This document shows positions 26,000 through 40,201 of a stretch of 64,000 bases of DNA, in pieces. Source of the DNA: Macrostomum lignano. Taxonomy: Eukaryota. Within the stretch, counting starts at the first letter, position 1, and each line of letters opens with the position of its first letter. The stretch lies in assembly GCA_002269645.1 (NCBI GenBank), contig NIVC01002845.1, positions 1-64,000 of the forward strand, in the 5' to 3' direction. The position numbers were made by a program, and so were the translations under genes. The notes under the pieces were generated by a model. The model was not told the origin of the DNA, ran no database searches, and saw only the letters and a program-made list of their open reading frames with translations.

Positions 26000-26570
26000 C
26001 CCTAAATGAGTTGACGAGGTCTCTAGATGAGCTGAGGAGGTTTCTAGATGAGTTGACGAGGTCTCTAGATGAGCTGACGAGGTTTCTAAATGAGTTTACG
26101 AGGTCTCAAGATGAGTTGACGGGGTCTCTAGATGATTTGACGGGTCTCTAGATGAGTTGACGAGGTCTCTAGATGAGTTGACGGGGTCTCAAGATGAGTT
26201 GACGGGGTCTCTAGATGATTTGACGGGTCTCTAGATGAGTTGATGAGGTCTCTAGATGAGTTGACAGGTCTCTAGATGAGTTGACGAGGTCTCTAGATGA
26301 GTTGGAGTCTCTAGATGAGTTGACGGGGTCTCTAGATGAGTTGACGGGTCTCTAGATGAGTTGACGGGGTCTCTAGATGACTTGACGAGGTCTCTAGATG
26401 AGTTGGCGGTTCTCTAGATGAGTTGACGGGGTCTCTAGATGAGTTGACGAGGTCTCTAGATGAGTTGATGGGGTTTCTAGATGAGTTGACGGGGTGTCTA
26501 GATGAGCTGACGGGTCTCTAGATGAGTTGACGAGGTCTCTAGATGAGTTGACGAGGTCTCTAGATGAGAT
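26000..26570. repeat. 21-bp minisatellite (cgaggtctctagatgagttga), related to the 14920-17097 array
   Basis: About 27 copies sharing the core ggtctctagatg. Confidence 0.95.
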
Positions 26571-28199
26571 TAGTTCCATTAGCAGATAGGATTTGGATAT
26601 TACATTAAATAGGTAAATTAAAGATGTACTTTGCAGAAATGTTAACTTACAGAGCAGCTGACTTTTTACTGACGACACGTGCCTGTATGACTGACTTCTT
26701 TGACGGCAAAAAATAGCCAAATTTTCCAAATATCAGAACTTAGTGCTTAGTGCCACGTCCTTCCTATTCTAGCTACGCCCTGCCTTATACAAAGCCTTTA
26801 AATAAAACAGTGCATTGTCTCTGGGGGTGGTTGAGGTTCCTGGTTCTATTATTAGAATTGACGTATGTAGTTCCTAGTTTCCATGACTCATTACTCACTC
26901 ATAAGGAACAAACGGCCGGGTCTGTAAACTTTAGTTCCCTGTTTTTGTTTTCAATTCATTTAAGCAGCCTTATAATTTCAGTAACCTTATACTCGTAGTA
27001 GCTGTCTGATTGAAAACAAAATGCGAAATCAGTGCCTGATTAACATTCGGTACTTTAAAATTTCTACTTGATATGCAAGAACTTTTTGCATGTACTGGGT
27101 GTGTTTCTTCACGCACTGGTTTGAATTTATGATCAGGCCCACGTCGCGTACAATAGGAGCCTGCTGAGACAATTGGAGGAAGATTTCTGTTGTAAATTTG
27201 TCATAGAAGTTGATTTATTAGTAGGTTTAAGTAAGCGGCAAGTTCGACGTATGATTTCGGAAGATGGCGAACCAAGTAGACCGCAATTTTTACAGATTTC
27301 TTTGGAATTTTTACAGATAAATATTTAAATAATGAGATTATGGATGAAGTGCATTTTTCCCAAAAGCTCCGTCATGAAAACTGCCCTGAGCGAAATTTGA
27401 GGGCTGTGTGAGCTTTCTGTGTGAACTTGTGTGTTACTCACGCGATATGATTCATGCCATAAATTTCTGATATGTGCGCTTAAAGGCTCACACAAGGCTC
27501 ACATTGAGATTTTTTGTACAATAATTATGGACAAAATTACTTTGTCCATAATTATTGTGGTCAAATTTTCTTACGAATCAATCATTATATCAATCATTAG
27601 AACTTGTAAGGCACACTCGTATAAAATTGGTGACACAATAAGACTAACAAAGTTGACAATTTTGCTCCATTCTTGGGGTTAGCCGTTATACACGAATTAG
27701 ATAAGTATTTTATGAATTTATTTTGTGAACCACGACACATAATGTAACATCCTGGTACATTGAATATTAATTTAATACATCAGATACACTCTCGAACTCT
27801 GTGTGCAAAGTTATACCCTATTAGTTCAGCGGACGGTGAATAAAAGTGCGAGAAGTACAAAACTTTTAACATCGGACAGAGAGCTCTCAAACCAATTTTT
27901 ATAGCTAAGCTTAATATACTACTTATTAATACCAGTAGTGTGAGTTAGGGTCGAGAAAAAAATGATGAAAAACCTGTGTGACACGGGCTGGACAAAACAG
28001 GTGCAGTAGGAAAGCAGAACACACCAGTTGCTAATAGGGGGTCTGCGGAACAAAATCAACGCCCAACATTGGCCAACAAAGTACATCTGTATCTTGCAAC
28101 GTCAAGAATAACTAATTTAAAATTTGGGTGCTGCTACGTACGATTACCTGGTGGCTTTAGCAACGGTGATTTACCTTGGATACGGCATCCTTGTACTGT

Positions 28200-28630
28200 T
28201 ACATTATCATCCACAACAAGCACATTATCATCCACAACAAGCACATTATCATCCACAACAAGCACATTATCATCCACAACAAGCACATTATCACCCGCAA
28301 CAAGCACATTATCATCCACAACAAGCACATTATCATCCACAACAAGCACATTATCATCCACAACAAGCACATTATCATCCACAACAAGCACATTATCATC
28401 AACAACAAGCACATTATCATCCACAACAAGCACATTATCATCCACAACAAGCACATTATCATCAACAACAAGCACATTATCATCCACAACAAGCACATTA
28501 TCATCCACAACAAGCACATTATCATCAACAACAAGCACATTATCATCCACAACAAGCACATTATCAACCACAACAAGCACATTATCATCAACAACAAGCA
28601 CATTATCATCCACAACAAGCACATTATACC
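28200..28630. repeat. 21-bp minisatellite (cattatcatccacaacaagca)
   Basis: About 20 copies. Confidence 0.96.
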
Positions 28631-29039
28631 TGATACCTGATGCCAACGACCGGCCTCACTTCACAGGGTAATAATATAACATAATATACAATAATATAGC
28701 ATAATAGATAGGAGCAGAGATGCGATGCAAGCGCAGTAAAGAAGCAAGGGACATTGTAAAAAAAGACAATTGCACAACAGCGATACAGAAGGGGAGGGAG
28801 GGTTCGAGATCGTGAGGCGAACAGCGATGAAATCTCTTAGCCGTGTGGGACAGACAGTGGAAAAACAGTGGAAAGGGAAAGCCAGAGTAAGGATTGCTTT
28901 ATAAGCAAAGTCCGCAACTCTGCGAATATAAGATCAGTTCATTTTCAGTTTTGTGTAGACATGATTTATTCAGAAATTCCTGTTGCCATGGCAAAGCTGT
29001 AATCACAGGGTTGGGTTGAACATATATGCGAGGGCAAGG

Positions 29040-30115
29040 GCGATTCTGAATGATCATTAGGGCGATTCTGAATGATTATTAGGGCGATTCTGAATGATAA
29101 TTAGGGCGATTCTGAATGATCATTAGGGCGATTCTGAATGATTATTAGGGCGATTCTTAATGATTATTGGGGCGATTCTGAATGATTATTAGGGCGATTC
29201 TTAATGATTATTGGGGCGATTCTGAATGATTATTAGGGCGATTCTGAATGATTATTAGGGCGATTCTGAATGATAATTAGGGCGATTCTGAATGATAATT
29301 AGGGCGATTCTGAATGATTATTGGAGCGATTCTGAATGATTATTAGGGCGATTCTAAATTATTAGGGCGATTCTGAATGATTATTGGGGCGATTCTGAAT
29401 GATTATTAGGGCGATTCTTAATGATTATTGGAGCGATTCTGAATGATTATTGGAGCGATTCTGAATGATTATTAGGGCGATTCTTAATGATTATTGGAGC
29501 AATTCTGAATGATCATTAGGGCGATTCTTAATGATTATTGGAGCGATTCTGAATGATCATTAGGGCGATTCTTAATGATTATTGGAGCAATTCTGAATGA
29601 TCATTAGGGCGATTCTGAATGATTATTGGGGCGATTCTGAATGATTATTAGGGCGATTCTGAATGATAATTAGGGCGATTCTGAATGATTATTGGAGCGA
29701 TTCTGAATGATTATTAGGGCGATTCTAAATTATTAGGGCGATTCTGAATGATTATTGGGGCGATTCTGAATGATTATTAGGGCGATTCTTAATGATTATT
29801 GGAGCGATTCTGAATGATTATTGGAGCGATTCTGAATGATTATTAGGGCGATTCTTAATGATTATTGGAGCAATTCTGAATGATTATTAGGGCGATTCTT
29901 AATGATTATTGGAGCGATTCTTAATGATTATTGGAGCAATTCTGAATGATTATTAGGGCGATTCTAAATTATTAGGGCGATTCTGAATGATTGTTAGGGG
30001 AATTCTGAATGATCATTAGGGCGATTATGAATAATAATTAGGGGAATTCTGAATGATCATTAGGGCGATTCTGAATGATTATTGGGGCGATTCTGAGTGA
30101 TTATTAGGGCGATTC
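29040..30115. repeat. 22-bp minisatellite (gggcgattctgaatgattatta) just past the MBD5-like stop codon
   Basis: About 49 copies with 19-bp deletion variants. Confidence 0.97.
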
Positions 30116-30145
30116 TAAATGAGCCAAATCGAACTCACACTTCAG

Positions 30146-30836
30146 TTACTGGGCGGGCGGCTGCGGCGGCGGAGGCGGCTGCTGTTGCTGGTTGCCGGCG
30201 GGGAACTTCGGCTGCCTCGGCTGGTAGCCGCCGCGGAACCGGGGCCCGGGACTCCGGTGGTGGAAGCCGGCGCCGAACATGGGCGGCCTGGCGGAATGGT
30301 GGTGCGGGTGGTGCTGATGGTGCGGGTGCGGCGGGCCGCGCGGACCGAACGGCTTGGGCCAGCGCGGGTGCTGCAGCGGCAGCGGCGGCGGCCGGTGGTG
30401 CGGCTGGTGGCCGTGGAACGGCGGCCGGGCGGGAGGCGCCGAGTCGTCGTTGACGCCGCGGTAGGCGGCCTCCTGTCGGGACAGGTAGTCGTCCAGCTCG
30501 CGCTCGTCCGCGTCCGCCGGCCCGCCGCCCGCCTGGCCGCCGGCCAGAAGCTGCCGCTTGGCCGGGGTGGCCTCCGACGCCTCGCCGTCGGCTGCGGCAT
30601 CGCCTTTCCTGTCGTCGTCGTCTCTGCCGGCGGCGTCGGCCGTGCCGTTCACCCGGCGCCGCTTGACTCCCTGGCTGGCAGCGGCGGCGGCTTCAAAAGC
30701 GGCCGCGGGGTCCGGGGCGGCGGCATCGAAGCTGAGCAGGGAGTCGCAGGCGTCAGGCAGGCAGCGCAGGCAGGCACCCGGCCGCAGGCGGTAGGCGGCC
30801 AGGGCAGCCGGAGAGTCGAGCAGTTCCCCTGAGCAG
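30146..30836 (-). CDS. MBD5: MBD5/MBD6 (six-banded)-like protein, last coding exon
   Basis: Acceptor gcgtgcag| in phase 2. The spliced junction gives GPWRRLIREDGTVAFTSCSGELLDSPAALAAYRLRPGACLRCLPDACDSLLSFD, aligning with the MBD5 domain ([54 protein letters not shown]). Pro/His/Gly-rich tail. Confidence 0.7.
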
Positions 30837-31614
30837 CTGCACGCGGGCCAGCGGATGAAAGCGGAAAGGAGGGGGTGGAGCCCCCGGGGCGCCAGGGGGA
30901 GCAGCAGGTGAGAGGCTGGCCAAGGTGCTGTCTTGCTTTGATTTTTATCACCGTTTCTGCTTTTTATTTTACTCTTGTTCTTTACAATTTTTCTGCTTTT
31001 CTAGTCTTGTCTGCTTCTGTTTTAGTGTGCTTTCAAACTGAATTATCTCTAGCTAACTTATCGATCACTCTCTCTCTCCTTTATTCGAAACTTTTATATT
31101 ATCTTTGTATAATAAAAATGCGAGAGATAAAAATGAGAAGTTTTTTATTTAATGTCACACTAGAAATCAAGCAAGTGGCATCATTCCAGTTAGGATAGAA
31201 AAGCTAATTAATTGACTACGTTTGGCATATCATTAAACATGATCACAGAGCAGCGGTTATCTAAAACACATATCTGACTGCCGTGCGGTACAGATTGGAT
31301 TGTGAAACAAAAAATAAGTATAATAATCAAAATGCCTGCTGCCAAAAATTGGACAAAGGAGGTCCAAAAACACACATTAGCAGTTCTAAATGTGTAATGC
31401 GCGACACACCAAAAATGTTTTAAGAAAAAAGAAAATTAAACCGGTTGGCAGCTCGCAGTGGGGGATCTGCCAGCTCCAACGGAGGGATGCCAAGCTAATA
31501 AGCTGCGAAGCACGCCTTCTGGCAGCCTGAGCTCCAGCCACCCTACTCACGCTGCCTACTCAACTCGGCTTGCTCAATGCGAAGCATTCTATTACTGAGC
31601 AGAAGCCCAGCCCG

Positions 31615-32575
31615 AGAACAGCCAATCAGATTCATTTACTATCTAGTCACCTCACTCTTTGTCCGAGCCTAGCCAGTCAGAATCATTTACTATCTAGTCA
31701 CCTCACTCTTTGTCCGAGCCTAGCCAGTCAGAATCATTTACTATCTAGTCACCTCACTCTTTGTCCGAGCCTAGCCAGTCAGAATCATTTACTATCTAGT
31801 CACCTCACACCTTACCCTTAGCCCGAGCCCAGCCAATCAGAATCATTTACTATCTAGTCACCTCACACCTTACCCTTAGCCCGAGCCCAGCCAATCAGAA
31901 TCATTTACTATCTAGTCACCTCACCCTCAGCCCGAGCCCAGCCAATCAGAATCATTTACTATCTAGTCACCTCACTCTTTGTCCGAGCCTAGCCAGTCAG
32001 AATCATTTACTATCTAGTCACCTCACACCTTACCCTTAGCCCGAGCCCAGCCAATCAGAATCATTTACTATCTAGTCACCTCACCCTCAGCCCGAGCCCA
32101 GCCAATCAGAATCATTTACTATCTAGTCACCTCACTCTTTGTCCGAGCCTAGCCAGTCAGAATCATTTACTATCTAGTCACCTCACACCTTACCCTTAGC
32201 CCGAGCCCAGCCAATCAGAATCATTTACTATCTAGTCACCTCACCCTCAGCCCGAGCCCAGCCAATCAGATTCAGTCTAGTCACCTCACTCTGCGTCTGA
32301 GCCTAGCCAATCAGAATCATTTACTATCTAGCCACCTCACCCTCAGCCAGAGATCAGCCAATCAGAAACATTTATTATCCAGCAACCTCACCCTCAGCCA
32401 CAGCCCAGCCACTCAGAATAATTTACTATCTAGCAACCTCACCCTCAGCCCGAGCCCAGCCAATCAGAAACATTTATTATCCAGCAACCTCACCCTCAGC
32501 CACAGCCCAGCCAATCAGAATAATTTACTATCTAGCAACCTCACCCTCAGCCCGAGCAAAGCCAATCAAAACTAA
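31615..32575. repeat. 48-57-bp minisatellite (agccaatcagaatcatttactatctagtcacctcac...cccgagccc) in the MBD5-like intron
   Basis: About 18 units in three length variants, degenerating toward 32575. Confidence 0.93.
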
Positions 32576-33455
32576 TTACTATTAAGCCACCTCACTTTGC
32601 TCATGGGATAGCTCCATTACAATGATTGGCATTATTTATTAGCCATGACAACAAATTTTCGCAGATCACCAGAAGTTTATAAAATCAAAGCTGTTTCTCT
32701 AACTAAATCTTTTATACCAACTAGCTGAAATTTTCCAATATCTATATTAAAAATCATAAAAGTTATCACTAGTGAGGTAGCTAAAAATCAGTAGAAGGGT
32801 AAATTTGTTACTTTAGTAGTAAAAAAAGCTACTTAGTGATTTATTGATTGCAATATTAAAATATTATGGTTATATAAGTTGAGTATAGCAGTCTATTGCA
32901 CAACCTTTTCTTAAACAAAGTTTAGTACTGAGTGACTATGATATACGTTAGCTTAATATTTTTTCATGAGACTTCTAGACCATCTACATCAGCCCGATAG
33001 AGTTGCACTTAAATGTCACTGGTAACACAGATGCATTATATAATAAGATTCTAAACACAACTGTAGAGTTAAAGCACACCGGTACACAGTTAATTTACAC
33101 TGGCGGGTGGCAACACAAGTCAGTCATCAGCTAACTAAGCGAAGAAATATTTACTGATGGGGCAGAGTTCTCGGGTGATTTGAGAACAGTTTTAACGCTT
33201 AGACCCAACATTTTTCAATATTTCAGTGGATTTTATCACTACTGCAGTTGTTTCGCTCTGCAAGATGATAATTATTAAAAACCATCAATTGGTCAGATTG
33301 TCAGCATGCAGTCAGCTAGTTAAGCCAGTACATAATTGGTTAGTGCAAATTTCAGCTGGCCTAGAAATTATAGTTAACCAAAAAATCACGTGATGGGATT
33401 GGCAATGCGTGGCACTAAGACAGAAGGGACAGAGAAGGGAGTCAATTGACAGTTA

Positions 33456-33746
33456 TACTCAGCAACATCAAAGAGTCGCCACCCTTTGCCCCAGTGAGCA
33501 GTGTTTTTCGATCAGCGTCTATCACCTGGCCAACCATATTGATATTAACAAAACGCTTGAAGAAAACTATGAAAACCGGGCGGAAGCTTCAATCCATTCA
33601 ATCTTCGCCCTCCGCTCTTCCCAATCCCTCCTCACCCAGCCCCAACTCTGCGTCCCGTGGCGCAAGTTGCGTCACTCAAAGCCAAAACTGAGCTGGAATT
33701 TACTGCGCACTCTCATAGGTGGCGACTTTTTATTGTTGTTGAGTGC
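33456..33746. mobile_element. Tc1-family MITE (~290 bp, ~30-bp imperfect TIRs)
   Basis: Left end TA|TACTCAGCAACATCAAAGAGTCGCCACCC; right end AGGTGGCGACTTTTTATTGTTGTTGAGTG. Confidence 0.7.
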
Positions 33747-35400
33747 TAAGCCTATCCAACCAAGAATCTCAAGAACCAAGAAGCTGCAGCAGCCACTTGC
33801 CACAGAACTGCATTCGGCCATAGACAGTAAAGCCACTTGCCACAGAACTGCATTCGGCCATAGACAGTAAAGCCGATCAAACTGTTCAAGGCTCCACTCT
33901 ATGGTTAAACCCCAAGTAGAGAATTTCACCTTACCTATTGCATTAGTCCCAGTTAATTTCTAGCATAATATCGTTAATTAGAAAGCTACACAATAAACAA
34001 TACCAAGTGCCTGAGCGGGTTAAAGAACTGCTGTCTGCAGGAGTCTCTATATACAAATCCGAGTGGTGAAGTCAAGAGAGATTAACTACTAAGACAAATG
34101 AATTCAATATAAAATATCACAATTAAACCAAAAATAACAGACTAAAGATATGTATTAACTGACACTCAGTGGGTGCTGCTGTTGTGTGGTTGCGGTGGAG
34201 GTTAGGCCGAGAGAGAAGCGACTAAAAGCTTACATTCTGCTTATAAAGTCTTATTATAGTACTTTTATTCATTCATGTTCCACTGGTCTATGCAGCCTAA
34301 TGGGTGATGGAAAATTTGAGACTGGGACAGAATACACAAAGCAGGCTGACTCAGCTCATAGCTAATATTATCCTCTGCACACTCAAGGTCACTCTCTAAT
34401 AGAACTTGTTGTTCCTTAATTATGAATTAACTGCTCACATTTGCCAGACTGCAAAAAATGAGAAGAGTGCAAAAGAGAGAAAAGGCAGTAAACATAACGT
34501 GACCAACCAGTTTATGCAAGCGGTTATGAACAATAAATAAACACGGTACATATACATAGAGTACAAGATTATGCCTTGTTGCTTAGCAGCTGTATTTTAT
34601 GTTGTTGTTGTTGTTTTAATGAGGCAGGCAAACAAATTTCGCGGGACAATTAATTTGGAAACTGAGCACAAAAACTGTCAGTCTAATTTTGAGCCACTGT
34701 ATGGCCTCTGACCTACCTTTGCGCTGCGGCTATGAACCAGCTCACACACTTTCACAGCTCTCCTTTCACGATGCCTGATAACAGCCTTGCTTAAAACTAT
34801 CGAAATTAACGATTTCGGTAACAAGCCCTAAAGCAACAGTCAATAGTAAAAATTAATTCCTCAGCTATCAATCATCATACTTAAACGAGTTGAGTGCGCT
34901 GTGACCGCACTCTCTCCGCAAATGCTTTTTGGAACCTGAAATAAAGGAGACAAATGTCAATAAAAATAGGGAGTAAATTTGCGTTACACACTACTAATTA
35001 GCATTCCCCCTAGACTAACATTGAATCTATTCTAGTTATCAATCTCTTAGCAACGGCAATGTTTACCGTAGCAACGGGATCGATGAAACCTGGCCCAATA
35101 AATCAATGTAAAGCAATCTTAAATACGCTAAAAAACACAAATAAATGTAAAGATGTAAGCAGCAATTTGATCCCAAATAATTGGGGATATTTTATCTTTA
35201 TAAACTGCATCTGGAATAGAAAATGCTGAGTTCCCATCATAATGTAACAATGCAATTTCGTTGCTGGGCAAAATGCAGACTGAGCGGCGGCCCTGCAGGT
35301 GAGTGAAATGCAATCAATGGATTTGCAACACCGACTCGGTTGATGAGGCACACAGGAAGCCCCCCCCCCACATCCCGAAACTGGAGTCCTGCCGCCTCAC

Positions 35401-36605
35401 CTGGTGAAAGCCACGGTGCCGTCCTCGCGGATGAGCCGGCGCCACGGTCCGCTGCACTTTTTGTCGGTGTCGCCGCCGGGGCCCGAAGTCGCTGTCGTCG
35501 GCGTCAGCGCGGCACCAGCCGTCGCAGTCGAAGCAGGAGATGCCGTCGCAGCCGCCGATGAAGCGCCATTGGCGCTGCCGTCTTTGTTGTACAGCACAGG
35601 CCGGCGGACTATGGTGCAGTTGGGATCATCTTCCTGCTGCTGCTGCTGAGCAGTCTGAGTAGTTGGCTGCTTGCCAGCCTCGGCTGCAGCTGATGCAGCA
35701 GACGCTGGCGGCGTATTGTTGGCGTTGGCAGCCGACACGGCGGCTTCAACAGACACGGCTGGAGCCATCGATGACTGTGACACCTGCTGGTGAAGCTGCT
35801 GCTGTTGCTGCTGCTGCAAAAGCAGCTGTTGGGCAGCCGCAGCCGCCTGTTGCTGCTGTTGGTGTTGCTGCTGCTGAAGCAGTTGATGCTGCTGCTGCTG
35901 CTGAAAATCTTTAGCGATATGCGGCGACCTGGCAGCGGCGGCCGCGGCCAGCAATTGCTGCTGCTGCTGCTGCTGAAGAAAATGCTGCGCGTAGGCGCTC
36001 TGAGCAGCCATCAACTGATGATGTTGAAGCAATGCGGCCTGCTGTTGTTGCTGCTGCTGCTGTTGCAGCAGAGCCAGCTGCTGTAACTGCTGCTGCTGCT
36101 GTTGTTGTTGCTGCTGATGTTGCTGGAACTGAGCAGCGGCAGCAGCCTGCTGAAGGTACTGCTGAAGCTGCAGTTGGCTCTGCAGCATGGCAGGATTACC
36201 GGCGGCAGCAGCGGAAGTCATGGGATACAGGGCCTGCTGGGCGGCCGCAGCGCTGACAGCTGGTATGAGCTGAGCCGCCTGGCCTCCGCCCTGTGGCAGC
36301 ATTACGTACTGAGCCAGAGCCTGCTGCGGCAGCGTCGTGGCAGCGGCGGCGGCCATGCGCTGGGCTTGCAGCTGGGCCTGGACCTGCTGCGCCTGGGCGG
36401 ACAGGCCAAGCTGGGCCAGCTGTGCCGGGTGCAGTGGAATCCCAGCAGCACCGGCCCCGGCAGCCAGACTGACTGGAACTGACTGGCCCGCAGCTGGGAC
36501 CGCCTGCTGTGGCTGCTGCTGCTGCTGGCTGGCAGCGGCGGCATAGAGCTGGGCCAGGTAGGCATCCAGACTGCCAGCCGCAGCACCTGGCGGCTTTGCA
36601 TTCAT
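35401..36605 (-). CDS. MBD5: MBD5/6-like protein, first coding exon (poly-Q/poly-A region then start of the MBD-like domain)
   Basis: ATG at 36605, 401 codons plus 2 nt, donor accag|gtgagg. Phase matches the 30836 acceptor, giving ~631 aa. The true start could lie further upstream. Confidence 0.7.
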
Positions 36606-38329
36606 TACTACTTTTATTAGTACTATATGAGCGTTGCAGAGCTAATCAAAAGTCTCAGATGGTGTAACAAGGAATGTATTTAGCTAAGAATGCACAATGT
36701 GCATAGCCCAAATTGATCAGCTGGACATGCAGTGAATTGAGATGAGTACAATTCTGAGAGTGGCAAATTAGGTTGAATAATAAAATAAGAGAAAAAAATA
36801 GACAATAGGCTAATTTATATCTACAAATCTTTCATTTAATTTATTGTCTCTACATTTATCATATGCTTAAGTTATTCTTAATTAATTGTTCTTTCTAATA
36901 TATTATTTTCTATATTGTATGTATTATGTATATTATATCTTTTAAGAGAAGGTAAAGAAATTATTTCAATAAAACATAGAAAATATAGGATTTATTGTAA
37001 AAGGTCAATAAAAGTTCAGATGAAAATTATTGATACTAGTCATATAATTTAACATACAGATTGACAAGTGCTAGTGCTTTTGGATAAGAAAAATAAAAAT
37101 AATTATATGAATTAGACATTTTTCTACTTTTTAGACAAACTTCATTTATTAACAAAATGATTTGTAAAAATCAAATGATTTTGGTAAAAACCTATTCGAA
37201 AGGTCAATACAAATTGACTAATATTTGTTATGATCATTTACTTTATATAATGTCTAAACAAATTGATTAAAGGCCTATATACTTTACAAGGGAATAACTT
37301 AAACAAAAAACTATATAGTAAATTAGGTTAAGTAATATGATAGACAAATTTTGTCTATTTATCATATTGTCTACTTTATATACACATAAAATGGTTTGAA
37401 ATTTACAATTTTTAACTAATCATCAAATTTAAAACATAGAAAAAAATCTCAAAATAATCAATTTTATATTTTATCTCGATATACAAAGTAAAACTAATAT
37501 GTTGTTTATATGTATATTCAATAACTCTTCCTAATATATAACAAATTCATAGAAGATAAATATATTACATTTTAAATACAATAAAACCTATATGTATTAT
37601 ATATATGCCTAAATAATTAAAACATTTAAACCTAGGCCCTAAGAGATAAAGGTGTCATAAGAACTTAACAAGACACGATTCAAGAAAAGATCCCAAAATT
37701 TTTTATCTCATTTTTGGGATTTTTTAAACTATAACCATTTCTTGTCTTAAATATTTAATTTTAATATTAGGCCCCTAGACCAAAGCAAAGGCATTTTACT
37801 ATTGTAGCCAGACTAGAGTCTAAACTATGTTGCCCTAATTTAATAAATGGACAAAGTGTCAAAAGGCATTTTTAGGCTATAATATTAGACACTACTAAGT
37901 GGTATCCCCACCCTCCGGGTGTCCTATCTCCTATCCAATGGAATATCTTACGGAATACTGTATAATTGCAGTGAATTCAAAGCAAAAAGCCTTAACCAAA
38001 AGGCCCCTCTACAATGGAGTTTTGCAATGGCCCTTAACAGGTTCCGAATTGCTTGTTCAATTGTATTATACTTCTAATCTGTCTAATACAAGATGTTAAC
38101 ATACTATACCAATCAACTAAATCTAAGTGGATATGGCGGCTCCCTCAGTCAGTGAAAGACTATTCATCTATACATAGCCCTTAGACGCATTGCATACTAC
38201 ATGCAGAAAGCTACAATTGTGCCAATGGCTATAACTCTGGCCGCTTGCTGCAGGCCAGGTGTAATGAGTAAAAAATAATATATAAGAAAGTTTGTATGTT
38301 GGGGAGCAAAGAAAGAATGTAATTATGTA

Positions 38330-38835
38330 ATTTAGCAAGCAATCCCTTAGATAGCAAGCATCCCTAGACAGTAAGCATCCCCTAGATAGCAAGCATCCCT
38401 TAGACAGCAAGCATATCCCAGACATCAAGCATCCCCCAGATAGCAAGCATCTCCCAGACAGCAAGCATCCCCCAGATAACAAGCATCCCCTAGACAGCAA
38501 GTATCCCCCAGACAGCAAGCATCCCCTAGATAGCAGCAAGCATCCCCCAGATAGCAAGCATCCCCTAGACAGTCAGCAAGCATCCCCCAGACAGTCAGCA
38601 AATATCCCCTAGACAGTGGGCATCTCCTAGACAGTGGGCATCTCCTAGATAGTGGGCATCCCTTAGATAGCAAGCATCCCCCAGATAGCAGCACACATCC
38701 CCCAGACAGCAGCAAGCATCTCCCAGATAGCAAGCATCCCCTAGATAGCAAGCATCCCCCAGATAGCAGCATGCATCCCCCCAGACAGCAAGCATTCCCC
38801 TGACAGCAAGCATCCTCTAGACAGAAAGCATCCCT
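38330..38835. repeat. ~18-bp degenerate minisatellite (agcaagcatcccctagac)
   Basis: About 27 imperfect copies. Confidence 0.9.
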
Positions 38836-40018
38836 TAGACATTGTGGCGCACTACTTCAATACTTTCAAAGTGCATTGGCTGATACCTTTATGCAAAAAA
38901 GAATGTTTTTAGATCCTTATATTTAATTATTTATAGCTTTTAGCATCAGCTAAATAAGTTGAAGCTTAGTCTATGACCATAGACATATTGAGCTCTCATT
39001 GCAAGAAAAATATACTAATTAGATAGGAAAATATACTACACCAATATAATTATAATTTAATTATATAACTTAATATAATTTAATACACTAATTAGATAGG
39101 AAAAAACAGGTTTTGTATATTCAAATATTCAAAATTTGAATGTACAAATTTGAATATACAAGTATAACAAAGGTATATTTGCTATTTTTCAGTGTAGGCT
39201 TACATTGTCATTAGCATAAACAACATAGAAAAATCATTTTGTTAATGATAGTTTTTAGTTTTATTATATAATGAGGTCTTTTTTGTATTTTTTTTAGCAA
39301 TTAGCATTAGACCTGGTATATATTAAGGGGCCCAATATACAAATGTGATCTAAACTAAGGTAGATAAGCACTCATTAAATTTTGAATATCTTTGTACTAT
39401 GCTGGGAAATCCTAGCATAGGCTTTCATGTTGCCTTCCAAACTGCCAAACTATAGCCTATCTTATCTATAGCATAAATGATTAAAGCCTAAGTTAAAGCT
39501 AAGCCCAAGCAAGGCCAAGCCAAGGTAAAGAGCATGAGTTTTGTTTTATGTTTGCACTCTTTAATTAAGAATTGTCAAAATGTTGAAAAGCAAGACCCAT
39601 TAGTCCTGTCTAGACCTATGCCTATCTGGCTATCTCTTAGAAGTAAAACATTTTTTGTATTTGTACTATACAGTAGGGCGTAGGCTAGGCCTACATTTTA
39701 AAATGCTATGGCCTGGGTGGGTTTAGACACATTGTATTTACATAGACATAGTGTGGCAACTTAACACGTTTAGAAAAATTAAATTAGGAAGAAATTGCTG
39801 ATTGCTGATCAATCGATCATAAAAAACCACACTGAAATGACTAAATAGACAAAAAACAAGTCCTGAATAATCATTATGTAGTAGTAAGAGAATTTGGCTC
39901 AGGCAATTAGCCTGTTTGGCCAATATATTATAGAGCTATGTATTTGGAATTTTCGAATATAGAAGTTTATAAAGACGATTTGACGACGATTTGCTGAGTT
40001 ATTGTAAAAGATAAAGTA

Positions 40019-40201
40019 TTTGAAAGCGCGCCAGAATTTTTACGGTATTTTTAGACGAAAAGTGACGACTAACAACTAACAACGAGTATAAATATTAATA
40101 CAAAAATGAGTACAAATTACGAGGTATAGCTTTAATTGCGAGATTACTTTGGTAAGCGAGTTTGTAAAAAAAAAAAAAGATGTAGTATTTTTGAAAGCGC
40201 G
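40019..40201. promoter_or_regulatory. Candidate promoter segment between the divergent MBD5-like and DDX41 genes, with duplicated TTTGAAAGCGCG
   Basis: Identical 12-mers at 40019-40030 and 40190-40201 in a CpG-retaining patch; resembles a CHR (TTTGAA) element adjacent to an E2F-like GCGCG. Function is inferred. Confidence 0.3.

Noticed and set aside
28124-28633. Hydrophobic leader followed by a (HYHPQQA)n ORF resembling a His/Gln-rich secreted protein
   Set aside because: It starts at TTG, several frames on both strands are open over the array, and I found no splice support; best explained as a minisatellite.
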